The notes under the pieces were generated by a model that saw only the letters and a program-made list of their open reading frames with translations, ran no database searches and was not told the DNA's origin. A program made the position numbers and the translations under genes. Of a DNA stretch of 64,000 bases, positions 60,701 to 64,000 are shown piece by piece. Positions within the stretch are counted from its first letter, which is position 1, and each line of letters starts with the position of its first letter. This DNA is from Azolla caroliniana (lineage: Eukaryota > Plantae > Polypodiophyta): the NCBI GenBank assembly GCA_043228905.1, contig JBHGNT010000017.1, forward strand, positions 14,508,001 through 14,572,000, written 5' to 3'.

Positions 60701-62032
60701 GAGCTCTACTAAACACCTTTTGCAAAAGAAGGAGATGAAGAACATTTGGAATATTTTGGGTTATCAGAGGATGCACCGAATTGGTGGGGATGAGTGTCAC
60801 AATGGCAATGGTACATAGTGCAAACAACCCCAACCCATGCATATTCTTAGAATTTCACAAATGTTAAGATTTATTGGGCATTTTAGCCCTGGTATATGCT
60901 CCATGTATATATAAGTATCATTTAGGACTAGGTGCTTGATAAAGGAAGGATACTGCAATTAAAATTTATATAGCTCATGAGTTCAAGTTTTTGGTTGAGT
61001 GACGAGTCTATAAAAAAACAAAAAAAACATTTCGATGGTCATTATAAACATGACCATATTTATTGAGCTTAGTGTTCACGCAAAAGGAAAAACGCGAACA
61101 CAAAATACGAAAAAATGGGGATAACACCCAAACCAGTATAAGACAATGACACAACAAAATTTAGGAACCTCCCCATGTAAGAATTAAATTTAACTTGTGC
61201 ATTCATGCCACCATACTTTTTGGTGCATTTCTTGCATCATCAGTACTACCGGATAGAGGTCCAATGCTTGTCTACATGCATGACACATTCATGAAAACAT
61301 TGATAGCCTTCAACACATCTTCTTCACCCCCATTTGGATTGCACCCTCTTCCCATGGTTCTCCTCATCACACCACTGTGGTAGTCACTGAGCCATCACCT
61401 CTCAACGATGCAACAAAAATGGTTGCACCTATGGCATGGTAACCACCAACAACTGAGGTCATGACTAAATGGTCTCGAATTCTAGTTGTGCCAAGTGGGA
61501 CCTCGAAACACGCTTTGTTCTTGATACGGATTGCCCAACATATGGGGTAGAGGCAATCTCAACTAACCTGAGTGTGGAAAAAATATTAGTGGTGCTTGCA
61601 ACAACAAGTGTATTTCATCCAATGGGGGCCATCACACCTAAACTCAATAATATCACCCTCATTCCCAGCTCACCATTTTTGCTTGTGATCGTTTATTTTA
61701 TAGGAAATAAGTGAGCAAAATTTGGACCACTCGGGCTTACATGGAAAGAGAGACATTATAGGTTTCATGAGGACAAAAGATGCTCTTAACAAGGAGAGCC
61801 TTACCTCACATTTTCCTTTCCTTTCCACTAGTGAGAGTTCAAATCCTTGACCTTATCGTTCAAGTGGTTAACTCTTACATTTTGAGCTAACTTCAATTCT
61901 CGTCTCATACTTTTTCACGACAATGAGAATAGAATTTAGATTGTGAAAGCTCAAATATAATTGCCTAACTTGACTGACCTGATATAAATCTTGTTTGCAC
62001 TTACGAAGTTAGATGATATGCATCGATGAATC

Positions 62033-62546
62033 TAGGGATCGACAACGGTTCAGTTTAGGCTTACTGGTTTGGGGTTCTCAAACCCAAACCAAACCAAACC
62101 CTAAACCAGATTAAGCTAAACCGGTGAACCGGCTTGGGAACTGGCTTGGAAACATCCGTCCCTCTGTCCCTCTCTCACGTTAGTGTAGTCTACCTCTCCC
62201 TCTCCCTACCTCCCTACCTCCCTCCCTCTCTCTCTTAGATGATCCACTATATAGTAAACAAGTTCCCTTCCTCCCTCTCTCTCCCTACCTCCCTCTCCCT
62301 CTCCTCGTCTGTGTAGTCTCTCTCTCTCTCTCTCTCAAGTTTCTAACTAATTTCTAGCTTTGAAGTTTTTCTTTAACCTAACTAGTAAACCACATAACCG
62401 GTTTGAGCCGGTTTGGCAAGGCTCAAGCCAAGCTGAACCAAGCTCAAACCGTTTAGTCAAGCACAAGCTTGAGCCAAGCCGCTAAGTCGGTTTAAACTGG
62501 TTTAGCTCAACAGTTCAGGCTTGAGCTGAGCTGTTGTTGATCCCTA
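62033..62546. mobile_element. hAT-type MITE
   Basis: Imperfect TIRs TAGGGATCGACAAC.../...GTTGTTGATCCCTA, perfect 8-bp TSD GATGAATC, subterminal AAACC/AACCG repeats, CT-rich core. Confidence 0.92.
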
Positions 62547-64000
62547 GATGAATCATTCAATTCTCATATCACAATGAAAAAGAGAATCAAGGAAGATAAG
62601 AAGGGGGGATTTGTTTTTTGAAGACAAAAAATCATCCAAAAAAGGAGAGGGTGAAATTGAGAGGGGGCAAAGGAGGGACATAACATGTCTTGTCAAGGTT
62701 TAGTGCACTTGCCCTTGTGTGTGGGGTGTGTTTGTAGGCATCATTTGTGTAGGTGGCATCAACTTTTTTAATGGTTACTTGTGTGATGATTTTGAGGTTG
62801 TTGCATTGTTCATGATCTTCTTGCGAGCATGCAATGTTAAAAAGGCACTTAACTTTGCAAGGTTAAAATACTAAGATTGAGGCTTTTATAATCTTTTGGG
62901 GTAAATGGTGGCCACATGGTGATTCCTTTCATAAAGTTAGTATATTCTAGCTCTATGTTATTCTTCAAACACTTGGGCATATCTATATGGAATAGGTGTG
63001 GGACATGAGGTAGATTTGATCACAAATGGTCCCAAGCTCAAAAAACAAAAAGAGAACTTCACTATAGTCAGCGGATGCCATGGGCATGTGAAATGTATAA
63101 GTCATAATATATGGTGTGTATGGGATGATGATCGAACCACAAAACATATAAGCAAAAACCTCAACAAAATGTAACGAGAATGGAATTGATTGTATGAGCT
63201 CAATTGTAATGGGCTAGCTAGCCCTCCAAAAATTAAGTAATGTCTACACTTGAATTTTAGATGATATGCATGGCACTCAATTCTCCTTTCACACCTAAGA
63301 AACAAGATCCCAACAAATTTAAATACACTCCTTTAGCTCTTGGATTGAACTGCTGAATCTTGATGAAACTTATACCAACTAGGTGTATGTACACATACAC
63401 TTGGTATATGATACAAATTGTATAACTAAATTTGAAACATTTACAATATTACTATCTCATGTGATGTAGGTGAAGGCCGAATAGTGGAGGGGTTTGGGTG
63501 AATCTATTGTGTCGAGCCTAATCTCTTCGACATATTGGACGCATACTTAAACGCGAACGCGGTGTGCATGCATGCATGGCAAGACCCGAGAACGCGAAAT
63601 CAAAGACTCGTTCAGAACGTGGTGAAACAACAAAATTCGAGCGCACATGCTTGGGGGGAAACATAATTGGAATAATAGAGGATACGGATGGCAAATGGGT
63701 GGGGTGCTAGAGGAGATCAATGGCCCAAAGGATAGATCGATAGGTTGGAGCACTATGAAGAACCTTGCTTGACCTACAAGCGTTTTGGGCACCTCTGGCC
63801 ATGGCTAAAAGCAAGTAGAAGTCTACTACTACTACTTCTATTAGCAGAGCTACTACTAGATGGCACAACTCGGGAAAAGACCTTGGCTTGACCTGCAAGT
63901 GTTTTTGAGGGTACCTCTAGGCTAAAAGTAGTAGTATTTCTAGTAGAGCCGCTACCAATGGGACAACACTGCCAAATTGGACTATATATGGCTACATATA

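Noticed and set aside
61080-61720. Possible decayed DNA-transposon or gene fragment
   Set aside because: No convincing motif or boundary by eye.
63460-64000. GC shift starting near TGTAGG, possibly the start of another LTR
   Set aside because: No partner LTR, PBS or coding sequence inside the window.

Overview
Repeat-rich land-plant nuclear DNA, most likely a fern (inferred from the DYW relic and retroelement types). One intact-looking host gene is present: the NMD helicase UPF1 (minus strand, 29 coding exons, 39440->30424, two GC-AG introns). It lies between two nests of LTR retrotransposons. Left nest (1-28950): an Athila-like Ty3/gypsy with an extra 3' ORF, a Tnt1/Tork-like copia, three related 'family A' copia elements, a large solo LTR, a second Athila-like relic and a LINE 3' end. 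Right nest (40402-60322): two family A copias, a Tork-like copia, a gypsy solo LTR and a Gag-only element with a tRNA-Trp PBS and a 4-bp TSD. The right nest interrupts a PPR-DYW RNA-editing pseudogene that lies head-to-head with UPF1. A hAT-type MITE lies at 62033-62546. The most unusual signals are: (1) family A copias carry two polypurine tracts that bracket an in-frame acidic/Arg-rich extension of Pol; (2) competing hairpins surround their terminal PPT; (3) the Gag-only Trp-primed element; (4) the gypsy extra ORF; (5) the PPR-DYW fossil. All coordinates were read by eye and may be off by a few bases. No database search was run.
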